Source: Acutalibacteraceae bacterium
Lineage (GTDB): Bacteria > Bacillota > Clostridia > Oscillospirales > Acutalibacteraceae
Assembly (NCBI GenBank): GCA_045577495.1
Contig: JAZNIK010000028.1
Span: 865-64,864, forward strand
Length of the DNA stretch: 64,000 nucleotides
Direction: 5' to 3'
The notes beneath the pieces were generated by a model that searched no databases, was not told where the DNA came from, and saw only the letters and a program-made list of their open reading frames with translations. Made by a program: the position numbers and the translations under genes. Positions 18,091-26,498 of the stretch are shown here, piece after piece. Within the stretch, counting starts at the first letter, position 1; each line of letters opens with the position of its first letter.

Positions 18091-20157
18091 TTGAATATTA
18101 AATTGGCAAAAACAGCGGGATTTTGCTTTGGTGTTAATCGCGCTGTTGATATGGTCGAACAGTTTGTTGATAACGGCGAAAAGGTTTGCACTTTAGGACC
18201 CATAATTCATAATGCTCAGTTGGTTGATAGCTTAAAGAAAAAGGGTGTTAGAATTATTGATACCCCAGACCAAGTAAAAAGCGATGAAATTCTTGTTATT
18301 CGTTCACACGGTGTCGCTGCTGAGGTGTATGAGTTAAGCAAAAAGTTTGCAAAAAGGGTAGAGGATGCAACCTGTCCCTTTGTTTCTAAAATTCACAATA
18401 TCGTAAATCAGCGCTCAAATGAGGGTGATATAATTCTTATTGCGGGTGATGAAACTCATAATGAGGTAATAGGCATAAGAGGGCATATCAATGGTTTGTC
18501 ATATGTTTTTTCAAGTGAAGAAAATTTGATAGAACTATTAAAAAATCATCCCGAGCTTAAAAAAAATGCTGTATCTGTCGTTGCACAAACAACTTTTAAT
18601 GAAAAAACATTCAAAAAAACTGAAAAAATTTTAAAAAAGGTATGTACAAATGCAACGATTTTTGATACAATATGTAATGCGACTTCAAAAAGGCAGTCTG
18701 AGGCGGCTGACCTTTCTGCTGAGTCAGACACTATGATAGTGGTTGGCGGTAGGCATAGTTCAAATACCAATAAATTGTTTGCTATTTGCAAAGCAAATTG
18801 TGAGCATACATATCTTGTCGAAACGGCGGATGAGGTAAATGGGGTTTGGTTTAAAAATGCTAAGCAGGTTGGAGTTGTAGCGGGTGCATCAACACCTGCG
18901 GGTATTATAAAGGAGGTCATTTCAATTATGACAGAAACAATTAAAACCACTGATGAGCTTAATATCGGTGCAGAAATTTCGGACGATATGTCCTTTGAGG
19001 AGGCACTTGAACTTTCGCTCAGCAGTTTAAATACAGATCAGAAAGTGCATGGTGTAGTTCTTGCGGTTGGTCCTACCGAAATACAGGTAGATATCGGCCG
19101 TAAACAGACCGGTTATGTTCCGGCATCTGAGTTCTCTTATGACCCAAATGTAAAGCTTTTAGAAGCTGTAAAAATTGGCGATGAGTTAGACCTCATTGTT
19201 ATGAAAACTAATGATCAGGAAGGCACAATAATGCTTTCTAAACGCCGTTATGATAATATTGCCAACTGGGATAAGATTGTTGAGGCAAGTGAAAACGGCA
19301 CTGTTTTAGATGGTGTTGTTTCAGAGATTATTAAGGGTGGAATGATTGTAACTGCTTTGGGCTTCCGCGTATTTGTTCCTGCTTCTCAAGCAACTGTAAT
19401 TCGTGGTGAAGACCTTGAACCATTAAAGGGTCAAACAGTTTCCTTTAAGGTTTTAGAGATTGGCCGTCGTCGTCGTGTTATTGGTTCAGTTCGTGCAGTT
19501 CTTCAAGAGGCACGTAAGGAGCAAGAGGCAAAATTCTGGGAGAATGTTGCAGTAGGCGATGTATTTAGCGGTGTTGTTAAATCACTCACAGGCTACGGCG
19601 CTTTTGTTGACCTTGGCGGTGTTGATGGTATGGTTCATATTTCTGAACTTTCTTGGCAACGTATTAAGAATCCTGCTGAGGTTGTAAGCGTTGGCGATAC
19701 TATTGAGGTTTATATTAAGGATATTGATACCGATAAAAAGAAAATTTCTTTGGGCTATAAAAAACCTGAGGATAATCCGTGGACAATATTCAAAAACGAG
19801 TATGCAGATAAAGACGTTGTTAAGGCTACAATAGTTAATATGACAACCTATGGCGCATTTGCTCGTATTATTCCCGGTGTTGATGGTTTGATTCATATTT
19901 CTCAAATTGCTGACCGCAGAATTGAAAAACCTCAAGATGAGCTTAAAATCGGCCAAGAGGTTGATGTTAAGATTATCGGCATTGATGAGGATAAAAAGCG
20001 TATCAGTCTTTCAATAAGAGCTTTGCTTGACCCTAAAGCAGCAGAGGAAGAGGAAATCTTGAACGATACTGCAGAGTCAGTTGAGGCTACTGTTGAGGAA
20101 ACACAAGAAGCTCCAGCTACTGAGGAAGCTGCTCCTGAAGCTACCGAGGCTGAATAA
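18091..20157 (+). CDS. ispH: Fusion of 4-hydroxy-3-methylbut-2-enyl diphosphate reductase (IspH) with a ribosomal protein S1-like part carrying four S1 repeats
   Basis: TTG start. N-terminal IspH region (AKTAGFCFGVNRAV, HNEV, SSNT). From about residue 300 there are repeated S1 domains (GVV..., FVDLGGVDGMVHISE, FARIIPGVDGLIHISQ) and an acidic tail. Confidence 0.9.
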   Translation: MNIKLAKTAGFCFGVNRAVDMVEQFVDNGEKVCTLGPIIHNAQLVDSLKKKGVRIIDTPDQVKSDEILVIRSHGVAAEVYELSKKFAKRVEDATCPFVSKIHNIVNQRSNEGDIILIAGDETHNEVIGIRGHINGLSYVFSSEENLIELLKNHPELKKNAVSVVAQTTFNEKTFKKTEKILKKVCTNATIFDTICNATSKRQSEAADLSAESDTMIVVGGRHSSNTNKLFAICKANCEHTYLVETADEVNGVWFKNAKQVGVVAGASTPAGIIKEVISIMTETIKTTDELNIGAEISDDMSFEEALELSLSSLNTDQKVHGVVLAVGPTEIQVDIGRKQTGYVPASEFSYDPNVKLLEAVKIGDELDLIVMKTNDQEGTIMLSKRRYDNIANWDKIVEASENGTVLDGVVSEIIKGGMIVTALGFRVFVPASQATVIRGEDLEPLKGQTVSFKVLEIGRRRRVIGSVRAVLQEARKEQEAKFWENVAVGDVFSGVVKSLTGYGAFVDLGGVDGMVHISELSWQRIKNPAEVVSVGDTIEVYIKDIDTDKKKISLGYKKPEDNPWTIFKNEYADKDVVKATIVNMTTYGAFARIIPGVDGLIHISQIADRRIEKPQDELKIGQEVDVKIIGIDEDKKRISLSIRALLDPKAAEEEEILNDTAESVEATVEETQEAPATEEAAPEATEAE

Positions 20158-20181
20158 TTAGCAAATAATATTCAAACTTCT

Positions 20182-20218
20182 AAATCCGAGAGCTACTTTT
20201 GTAACTCTCGGATTTTTG
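20182..20218 (+). terminator. Rho-independent terminator after ispH-S1
   Basis: AAATCCGAGAG / CTCTCGGATTT followed by a T-run. Confidence 0.75.
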
Positions 20219-20225
20219 TGTATAC

Positions 20226-20260
20226 AAAAAAATCCCACTTTCCAAGGAGGAAAGTGGGAT
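20226..20260 (-). terminator. Rho-independent terminator of the minus-strand lipoprotein gene
   Basis: 12-bp stem ATCCCACTTTCC / GGAAAGTGGGAT with a 5-nt loop. The U-run on the minus strand corresponds to the A-run at 20226-20232. Confidence 0.75.
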
Positions 20261-20270
20261 AAAGTTTTTA

Positions 20271-21374
20271 TTATGCATTTTCTTCGGGATATACAATCTT
20301 TTTAACCTTAAAACGTTTAGTAGCAAATTTGTTGTTGTCAACCTTAAAATCGGTTGTTTTTTTAGTAACAAGCTTATCGAATTCTTCTTGTTTTAAAATA
20401 TAAAGAATAGAATCATTAAGGCTATTTAGATAATATTCATCCTCTGAGATATCAAGCTTAACATAAATGGTACAAGCGTTATCCTCGCCCTCGATAAGCT
20501 TAACTTCGCCCTTTTTCATATCATAAACAGTTTCAAAGTTTTCGTCAGCATAGTCGGTATTTTCGTCGCCAATAATGGAAGCATATCTGTCTTTTGGCAT
20601 TTCTTCAGTAGATTCTGCTTCTGTTTTTTCTTGTTCTTCTAACTGCTCTTGGGTGATTTGATTGTATTCAATGTAAATATCTTCAAAATCTTTGCCTTTT
20701 TCTAAGTCTTTTGCATACTCCTCAAATTTTGCTTTTGTTGCCTTTTTCTCATCATCTGTTGTTTCCTCTGTATAAGAGGTTGCAAGGGTGTAAACAAGAG
20801 CAAATTTTTCGGTCATTGTTTTTAGGATATCTTTTTTTGCAACTTCTTTTTCGCCGTCTTTACCATAGAGTGACATAAAGTATGCATTTGAATAGTAGCT
20901 GTATGTGAAGGCTTTTTTGTATGTATCTAACGATACGCCGTTTGCCTCGTATACAGAACTTGCACCATAACTCCAATAATATTCAGCGTAGCTTTCTGCC
21001 TCGGATTTTTCTTCATCGGTTAGCTTGATTTTTTTATCCTCAACAAGTTCCTGATAAAAAACATATTCTTTGCAACGCTCAATAGTTTTTGAGATAACAT
21101 AATCCTCATAGCTTAAGCCATCGATTTTTTGAGCGTAGTAATCGGTTTCTTCGGTGGTTTCGGTTTCGGAAGAGGTTTTATCATTTGCAATTTCTTCGTC
21201 AACTCGTTGCTTTGCTTCGGAATCACATTCTAATAATGCATTGAGGTAGAGAGCAGATTTAATTTGTGTATCATTGATGGTAAGGGCAACTTCATCCTTG
21301 CCGTGACAACCACACATTGATAACATTACGCAGCCGGAAAGTATGGCGGCGATAAATTTCTTTGTAATTTTCAT
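20271..21374 (-). CDS. Lipoprotein, SurA/PrsA N-terminal-domain-like (no obvious parvulin domain)
   Basis: MKITKKFIAAILSGCVMLSMCGC lipobox. The likely start is ATG 21374, 9 nt after GGAGGAG; the track start is 21416. Confidence 0.6.
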   Translation of the reverse strand: MKITKKFIAAILSGCVMLSMCGCHGKDEVALTINDTQIKSALYLNALLECDSEAKQRVDEEIANDKTSSETETTEETDYYAQKIDGLSYEDYVISKTIERCKEYVFYQELVEDKKIKLTDEEKSEAESYAEYYWSYGASSVYEANGVSLDTYKKAFTYSYYSNAYFMSLYGKDGEKEVAKKDILKTMTEKFALVYTLATSYTEETTDDEKKATKAKFEEYAKDLEKGKDFEDIYIEYNQITQEQLEEQEKTEAESTEEMPKDRYASIIGDENTDYADENFETVYDMKKGEVKLIEGEDNACTIYVKLDISEDEYYLNSLNDSILYILKQEEFDKLVTKKTTDFKVDNNKFATKRFKVKKIVYPEENA

Positions 21375-21592
21375 TGGTGAAAACTCCTCCTTATTGATGG
21401 AAAATAAATTACTCATATAATTATATCTTATTTAATTCTAAAAGTCTAGTGTTTTTTACAAATACGATAATAAAAAGTGTTGCAAGTTTGTAATTTTTTG
21501 TCACCAAATTGATATTAAAATGTAAACAAAATGAAAAGACTTTTGAGTTTGGTTTGTGTATAATAATAATATCGAAGAAATGAGGTGAGCAT

Positions 21593-22177
21593 ATGGCAAA
21601 AAGAATTTTATCATTTTTAGTTGTAATCGCAATATTATTTGTGTTTCCTGCATCTGCGCCCGTTGGTGTAAAAACAGATGTTGTTTCAAATAATGAAGTC
21701 GTAAGTAATGTTGAAGATGGTGTGATAAAAGTTCGTTTTGAAAATATGCTTAACCATAACTACGTTTATGACACCGACTTTGAATCCGATTTATTGATTA
21801 TTGAGAATTCAATTCTTGCTTTGTTGGATAAAGCAGAGGATGGTCAAATTGATAAATGCTTGGTTTTAGGCTTTATTGCAGGTATGTACGGTCGTCAGGT
21901 TGACCCAACCGCCGCTGAGTATGATTTTGCACCCGCTGATGATGGAAAATTTGTTGTATTACCAAGAGGTTACGATGATTATAAACACAACATAACCTCT
22001 ATTGAAGTAATTGATGGTGGATATAAAGTTGTATCAAATGTTACTGTATATCCTTGCGATGGTTTTGAGTATCTAGCAATGTGCGAAACTGTTTTTGTTG
22101 AAAACGATGGTAGTGCTTTTGGCTACAATATTGTTTCATCAAACTTGCTTGAACCCGATGATGCGTATACAGTTTAA
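21593..22177 (+). CDS. Secreted hypothetical protein
   Basis: Signal peptide MAKRILSFLVVIAILFVFPASA. I recognise no family motif. Confidence 0.55.
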   Translation: MAKRILSFLVVIAILFVFPASAPVGVKTDVVSNNEVVSNVEDGVIKVRFENMLNHNYVYDTDFESDLLIIENSILALLDKAEDGQIDKCLVLGFIAGMYGRQVDPTAAEYDFAPADDGKFVVLPRGYDDYKHNITSIEVIDGGYKVVSNVTVYPCDGFEYLAMCETVFVENDGSAFGYNIVSSNLLEPDDAYTV

Positions 22178-22305
22178 TTAGTTTATTTTAAAATGTGCCT
22201 TATGTTTTATGCATAGGGTATATTTTTTATTTATTTTGTTAGTTATATTGATTTTTTAAAAATAAAGTTTTATAATAATATAAACCTTTACAAAGGAGTA
22301 TTTTA

Positions 22306-22989
22306 ATGACAAAAATTTACATAGTGCGTCATTGCGAGGCTATGGGTAATCAAAATCGAACATTTCAAGGAATTTCTGATTGTGATGTAACAGAATTAGG
22401 CGAAAAACAGTTGTCTTGTGTTGCAGAGCGTTTTAAGGATATAAAGCTTGATGCTATATATTCAAGCCCCTTAAAAAGAGCTTTTAAAACTGCAGAGGCG
22501 GTTAATAAATATCACAATCTGCCGATTAAAATCAATAATAAACTAATTGAAATTGATGGTGGCGAAATTGAGGGTATTAGTTGGGTTGATTTTCCCAAAA
22601 CCAGACCTGAGCTGGAGTATAATTGGAGTGTTGAGCCACATAAGTTCCACGCAAAAGATGGCGAACCTATGACAAGCGTTTATAAACGCTCTTGGGAAGC
22701 CGTTATGGAAATCCTTTCCGAGAATGAGGGTAGAACAGTTGCTTTAGCATCACACGGATGCACAATAAGAAATATTATGTGTAACGCCCAGGGTAAGCCG
22801 ATTGAAGAGTTATATACAGTAAACTGGGCAGATAATACAGGTGTATTTTTACTTAGGTTTGAAGATGGCGAATTGCCCGAAATCGTTATGTTTAATGATA
22901 CTTCGCATCTTCCGGAGGGCTGTTTACCAAAAAGAAGCAGAATAACAAGCCTGTTTGCTAAAAAGCCCGATACAACTAAAAGAGATTAA
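22306..22989 (+). CDS. Histidine phosphatase family protein
   Basis: MTKIYIVRHCEAMGN (RH motif), SSPLKRA, SHG. Confidence 0.75.
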   Translation: MTKIYIVRHCEAMGNQNRTFQGISDCDVTELGEKQLSCVAERFKDIKLDAIYSSPLKRAFKTAEAVNKYHNLPIKINNKLIEIDGGEIEGISWVDFPKTRPELEYNWSVEPHKFHAKDGEPMTSVYKRSWEAVMEILSENEGRTVALASHGCTIRNIMCNAQGKPIEELYTVNWADNTGVFLLRFEDGELPEIVMFNDTSHLPEGCLPKRSRITSLFAKKPDTTKRD

Positions 22990-23001
22990 GGGTGAATTGT
23001 T

Positions 23002-23418
23002 ATGATTATTATGTCGGTTGACCTTGGGGACGCAAGAACGGGAATAGCCGCGTCGGATATTTCTGAAAGCTTTGCATTTCCTAAAACTGTTATCAATGAA
23101 TGGAATAAAGATAAGCTAATTCAAAAGATAATTGAACAAGCAGAACTACTGAATGCTGAAAAAATTGTTGTAGGGTTACCAAAAAATATGGATGGTTCAC
23201 TTGGCTTCAAAGCACAGGAATGTACTGAGATGGCAGAAAAACTTAAGGCTCTATTTACTAACGGTGAGGTCGTTATGTGGGACGAAAGATGCACCACAGT
23301 TTCGGCTCATCACGCGCTAAACGCTACTAATACAAGGGGTAAAAAGCGCAAGGCAGTTGTTGATGCCGTTGCGGCAACAATGATTTTAGAGGATTATTTA
23401 AACTATTTAAAAAGGTGA
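23002..23418 (+). CDS. ruvX: Holliday-junction resolvase-like RNase H-fold protein RuvX (YqgF)
   Basis: SVDLGDARTGIAASD, 138 aa. Confidence 0.85.
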   Translation: MIIMSVDLGDARTGIAASDISESFAFPKTVINEWNKDKLIQKIIEQAELLNAEKIVVGLPKNMDGSLGFKAQECTEMAEKLKALFTNGEVVMWDERCTTVSAHHALNATNTRGKKRKAVVDAVAATMILEDYLNYLKR

Positions 23419-23422
23419 TTTT

Positions 23423-24112
23423 ATGTTTAGATATGAGATGCATCTTCATTGTTGTGAGGTAAGTAAATGCGGTGTGTCTAAGGCAGAGGAGTTTGTTAAA
23501 AGGTATGCAGAACTAGGCTATGCCGGTGTTGTGTTTACTGACCATTTTATTCATGGTAATACGGCGATTTCTCGCTCACTTGAGTGGAAAGAAAGAATGT
23601 ATGCGTATTTTTCTCCGTACGATGAGGCAAAGCGCTTGGGCAAGGAGTTAGGCATCGATGTTATCATCGGTTTTGAACATGCTTATGGTAATGGTAAAGA
23701 GGTTTTAGTCTACGGTGATATTACACCCGAATTTTTAGCCGAACACCCCGAAATAGAAAGTATGGATATCAAACAATTTACAGAGTTTTGCCATAATAAT
23801 GAATGGTTTGTGGCACAAGCACACCCATATAGAAAGCGCGATTATATAGATATGTCTGTGCCGCCAATTCCCGAGTTGGTAGATGGAATAGAGGTTTATA
23901 ATTTTTATAACTCTGCAGATGAAAATCTTATGGCTACCGAGTTGTGTGAGCAAAACGGTTTAATCGCAATTTCGGGTTCTGATACGCACAACGCTTCTGT
24001 CTGTGGTAATGCCGGTGTGGCTTTTAATAAAAGAGTAACAAACGGAGAAGAACTTGCAAAGGCATTGTTTGAAAATGCTTTTAAGTTAATTGTAAATGGT
24101 GAAATTTTTTAA
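23423..24112 (+). CDS. PHP-domain metal-dependent phosphoesterase (paralog 1)
   Basis: EMHLHC, TDH, QAHPYR, GIEVYN and SGSDTH, which is the PHP His/Asp ligand pattern. Confidence 0.7.
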   Translation: MFRYEMHLHCCEVSKCGVSKAEEFVKRYAELGYAGVVFTDHFIHGNTAISRSLEWKERMYAYFSPYDEAKRLGKELGIDVIIGFEHAYGNGKEVLVYGDITPEFLAEHPEIESMDIKQFTEFCHNNEWFVAQAHPYRKRDYIDMSVPPIPELVDGIEVYNFYNSADENLMATELCEQNGLIAISGSDTHNASVCGNAGVAFNKRVTNGEELAKALFENAFKLIVNGEIF

Positions 24113-24144
24113 ATTTTTTTTTTTACAAAGGAGAGGACGTTGAA

Positions 24145-25224
24145 ATGAATTTAATAAAAAAATGGCTTAACAGAGTGTTTATTGATGGACTAAGCGGAAT
24201 GGCTTTAGGTTTGTTTTCAACACTAATTATTGGAACGATTATTGTTCAAATAGGCGATTTTGTTGGTGATTACATAAGCACTTCGGTTGGTGCTAGTATT
24301 ATTGCTATCGGCAAGGTTGCAACCGCTCTTACAGGCGCAGGTATTGGTGGCGGTGTTGCTTATAAATTTAAAGAATCACCCGCTGTTGTTATTTCTTCAA
24401 TGACGGCAGGTATGGTAGGTGGTTTTGCCACTAAAATTCTAGCAGGAACTGTATTTGCTAATGGTGTTATTACTTTTGCGGGTCCTGGTGAACCACTTGG
24501 TGCTTTTTTAGCGGCATATGTTGCTATTGAGGTTGGACATTTAATAGCAGGAAAAACAAAGATAGATATAATTTTAACACCTATTGTAACTATCGGTGCA
24601 GGCTCAGTTGCAGGTTTGTTATTAGGTCCTCCAATTTCATCTTTAATGACACAACTTGGTAATTTAATTAACTGGGGAACAGAGCAACAACCATTTATAA
24701 TGGGTATTGTTGTTTCGGTTTTGATGGGTATGATTTTAACACTGCCTATAAGTTCGGCAGCTATTGGAGTTATTTTAAATCTTGGCGGCATTGCCGCGGG
24801 TGCCGCAACTATCGGTTGTTGTGCAAATATGATAGGCTTTGCCTTTGCTAGTTATCGCGAAAATAAACTTGGCGGTGTTTTTGCACAAGGAATTGGTACA
24901 AGTATGTTGCAAGTTCCAAATATCGTTAAAAAGCCAATTATTTGGTTACCTGCAATTTTAACAAGTGCAATTTTAGGTCCTATTTCAACCTGTTTGCTAA
25001 AAATGACAAATAATGCAACGGGTTCAGGTATGGGAACTTGCGGTTTTGTGGGTCAGATTATGACCTATCAGACAATGACTTCTGCTGGTACTGCAAGTTG
25101 GGTAGTGCTTTTAGAGATGCTTGTTATGCATTTTGTTTTACCTGCACTTTTGGCAGTGGGAATTTCTTCTGCAATGCGAAAACTTGGTTGGATTAAAGAT
25201 GGGGATATGAAATTAGAATTGTAA
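24145..25224 (+). CDS. Stand-alone PTS EIIC-like membrane protein (PTS_EIIC_2-type)
   Basis: 359 aa, Gly/Ala-rich and polytopic, with no adjacent EIIA/EIIB. The family call is from memory of similar Firmicute proteins. Confidence 0.5.
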   Translation: MNLIKKWLNRVFIDGLSGMALGLFSTLIIGTIIVQIGDFVGDYISTSVGASIIAIGKVATALTGAGIGGGVAYKFKESPAVVISSMTAGMVGGFATKILAGTVFANGVITFAGPGEPLGAFLAAYVAIEVGHLIAGKTKIDIILTPIVTIGAGSVAGLLLGPPISSLMTQLGNLINWGTEQQPFIMGIVVSVLMGMILTLPISSAAIGVILNLGGIAAGAATIGCCANMIGFAFASYRENKLGGVFAQGIGTSMLQVPNIVKKPIIWLPAILTSAILGPISTCLLKMTNNATGSGMGTCGFVGQIMTYQTMTSAGTASWVVLLEMLVMHFVLPALLAVGISSAMRKLGWIKDGDMKLEL

Positions 25225-25272
25225 CCCAATTACAGCGAGTTACAATTCTAATGCAGATAAAAATATAAAATT

Positions 25273-26424
25273 TTATTTCTTGATTTTAAGTAAGTGTTCC
25301 TCAACTCCAAATCCACCCATTAAAAGACAGTAAAGCAAACCTGTTTGAACCCACATGAATGTTAAATCAATTAGTCCGTGGGCGGCAATCGCGGCGGTTA
25401 AGGCGATAGCGATTGAGGAAAAATAATATTTAGACTGTGCGTTTCTGCACACAAAAATTCGTTTGTAATATATAGCAAAAAATATTGCTAAAATTATTGT
25501 GCCAACTATACCAAAGCACATTATAAGCTCCATTGGTATGTTGTGAGCGTGTGTAGAAACGTAACTGTTTGGATAATCAGTATGAATATGAAAATAAGTT
25601 AAAAAACCGCGTCCAAAAATGGGCGTGTTTTTTATTGCATCAATACAAACAGTCCAAATACGGATTCTGTTATTTGTTGTTCCGCCTGCGTGTTCAATAC
25701 GGGGTAGGATATCAGGTATAAAATAAAGTACGATTGTTGCAGTTCCTGCAAGTAGCATAAGAATACTTAAAAGCTGTTGCTTTCTTGAAATCATTAAAAG
25801 CACCGCGCAACCAACAAAAACCTCTATCCAAACAAACATACTTCCTGTTAGATAAGCACCGAATGCGGTTATAAAGGCTGAGATAAAATATAGCGGAATT
25901 TTGCGCTTTTTTATAACAATTTTATAAGCGCAAATTATAATTACAGTTCCTAAAACGGTTGCAAGATAGTTACTGTTAAAGTAAAAAAGCTCACAACGCA
26001 ATTCCTCGTTTGCATCGGCATTAAATACAAGCTGTAAATATTCAATAAGGCACAATATACCTGTAATAGGTCCACAAATTGTGCAAATATCAAGCAGATT
26101 TTCAAAAGACTCTGCAGTATAAAATTTTCTGGCATATGCGGATATATAGATTAGCATAAAAAACGCTATCGAGCAAATTGCACCAATAAAATTGAGGTAG
26201 CAAAGTGCCACAACAATAGAGTAAACAGTGAATACTATAATTAGAGTTCTGCCGTTTTTCTTAAAATCATCTTTAAGCTTATTTGAAATTAAAACATAAC
26301 AAAATGCCGCAATCAAAGCTACTGCGGTTAAATAAAATGGCAAGAAAACAGATAAAGCCAGTAAATATAAAATTTTTTCATCGATAGAACTTTTAAAAAA
26401 AGCCTTAATAGAAATATTTTTCAT
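25273..26424 (-). CDS. O-antigen ligase / Wzy_C family polytopic membrane protein
   Basis: 383 aa with about 10 TM segments and a late loop THAHNIPMELIMCFGIVG. GGAGA lies 6 nt upstream of the ATG. Confidence 0.65.
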   Translation of the reverse strand: MKNISIKAFFKSSIDEKILYLLALSVFLPFYLTAVALIAAFCYVLISNKLKDDFKKNGRTLIIVFTVYSIVVALCYLNFIGAICSIAFFMLIYISAYARKFYTAESFENLLDICTICGPITGILCLIEYLQLVFNADANEELRCELFYFNSNYLATVLGTVIIICAYKIVIKKRKIPLYFISAFITAFGAYLTGSMFVWIEVFVGCAVLLMISRKQQLLSILMLLAGTATIVLYFIPDILPRIEHAGGTTNNRIRIWTVCIDAIKNTPIFGRGFLTYFHIHTDYPNSYVSTHAHNIPMELIMCFGIVGTIILAIFFAIYYKRIFVCRNAQSKYYFSSIAIALTAAIAAHGLIDLTFMWVQTGLLYCLLMGGFGVEEHLLKIKK

Positions 26425-26436
26425 ATTTTATCTCCA

Positions 26437-26470
26437 AAAAATGAGTCATAGTTAGGCTATGACTCATTTT
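26437..26470 (-). terminator. Rho-independent terminator ending the rlmB-containing operon
   Basis: 14-bp stem AAAATGAGTCATAG / CTATGACTCATTTT. The minus-strand reading is followed by TTTTTT. Confidence 0.8.
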
Positions 26471-26498
26471 AACATAAAACTCATTATATTTCAAGAAC

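Noticed and set aside
18091-20157. The IspH-S1 fusion itself as a novelty
   Set aside because: This bifunctional architecture is a known, widespread feature of Clostridia. Only the internal RBS/ATG is reported as a finding.
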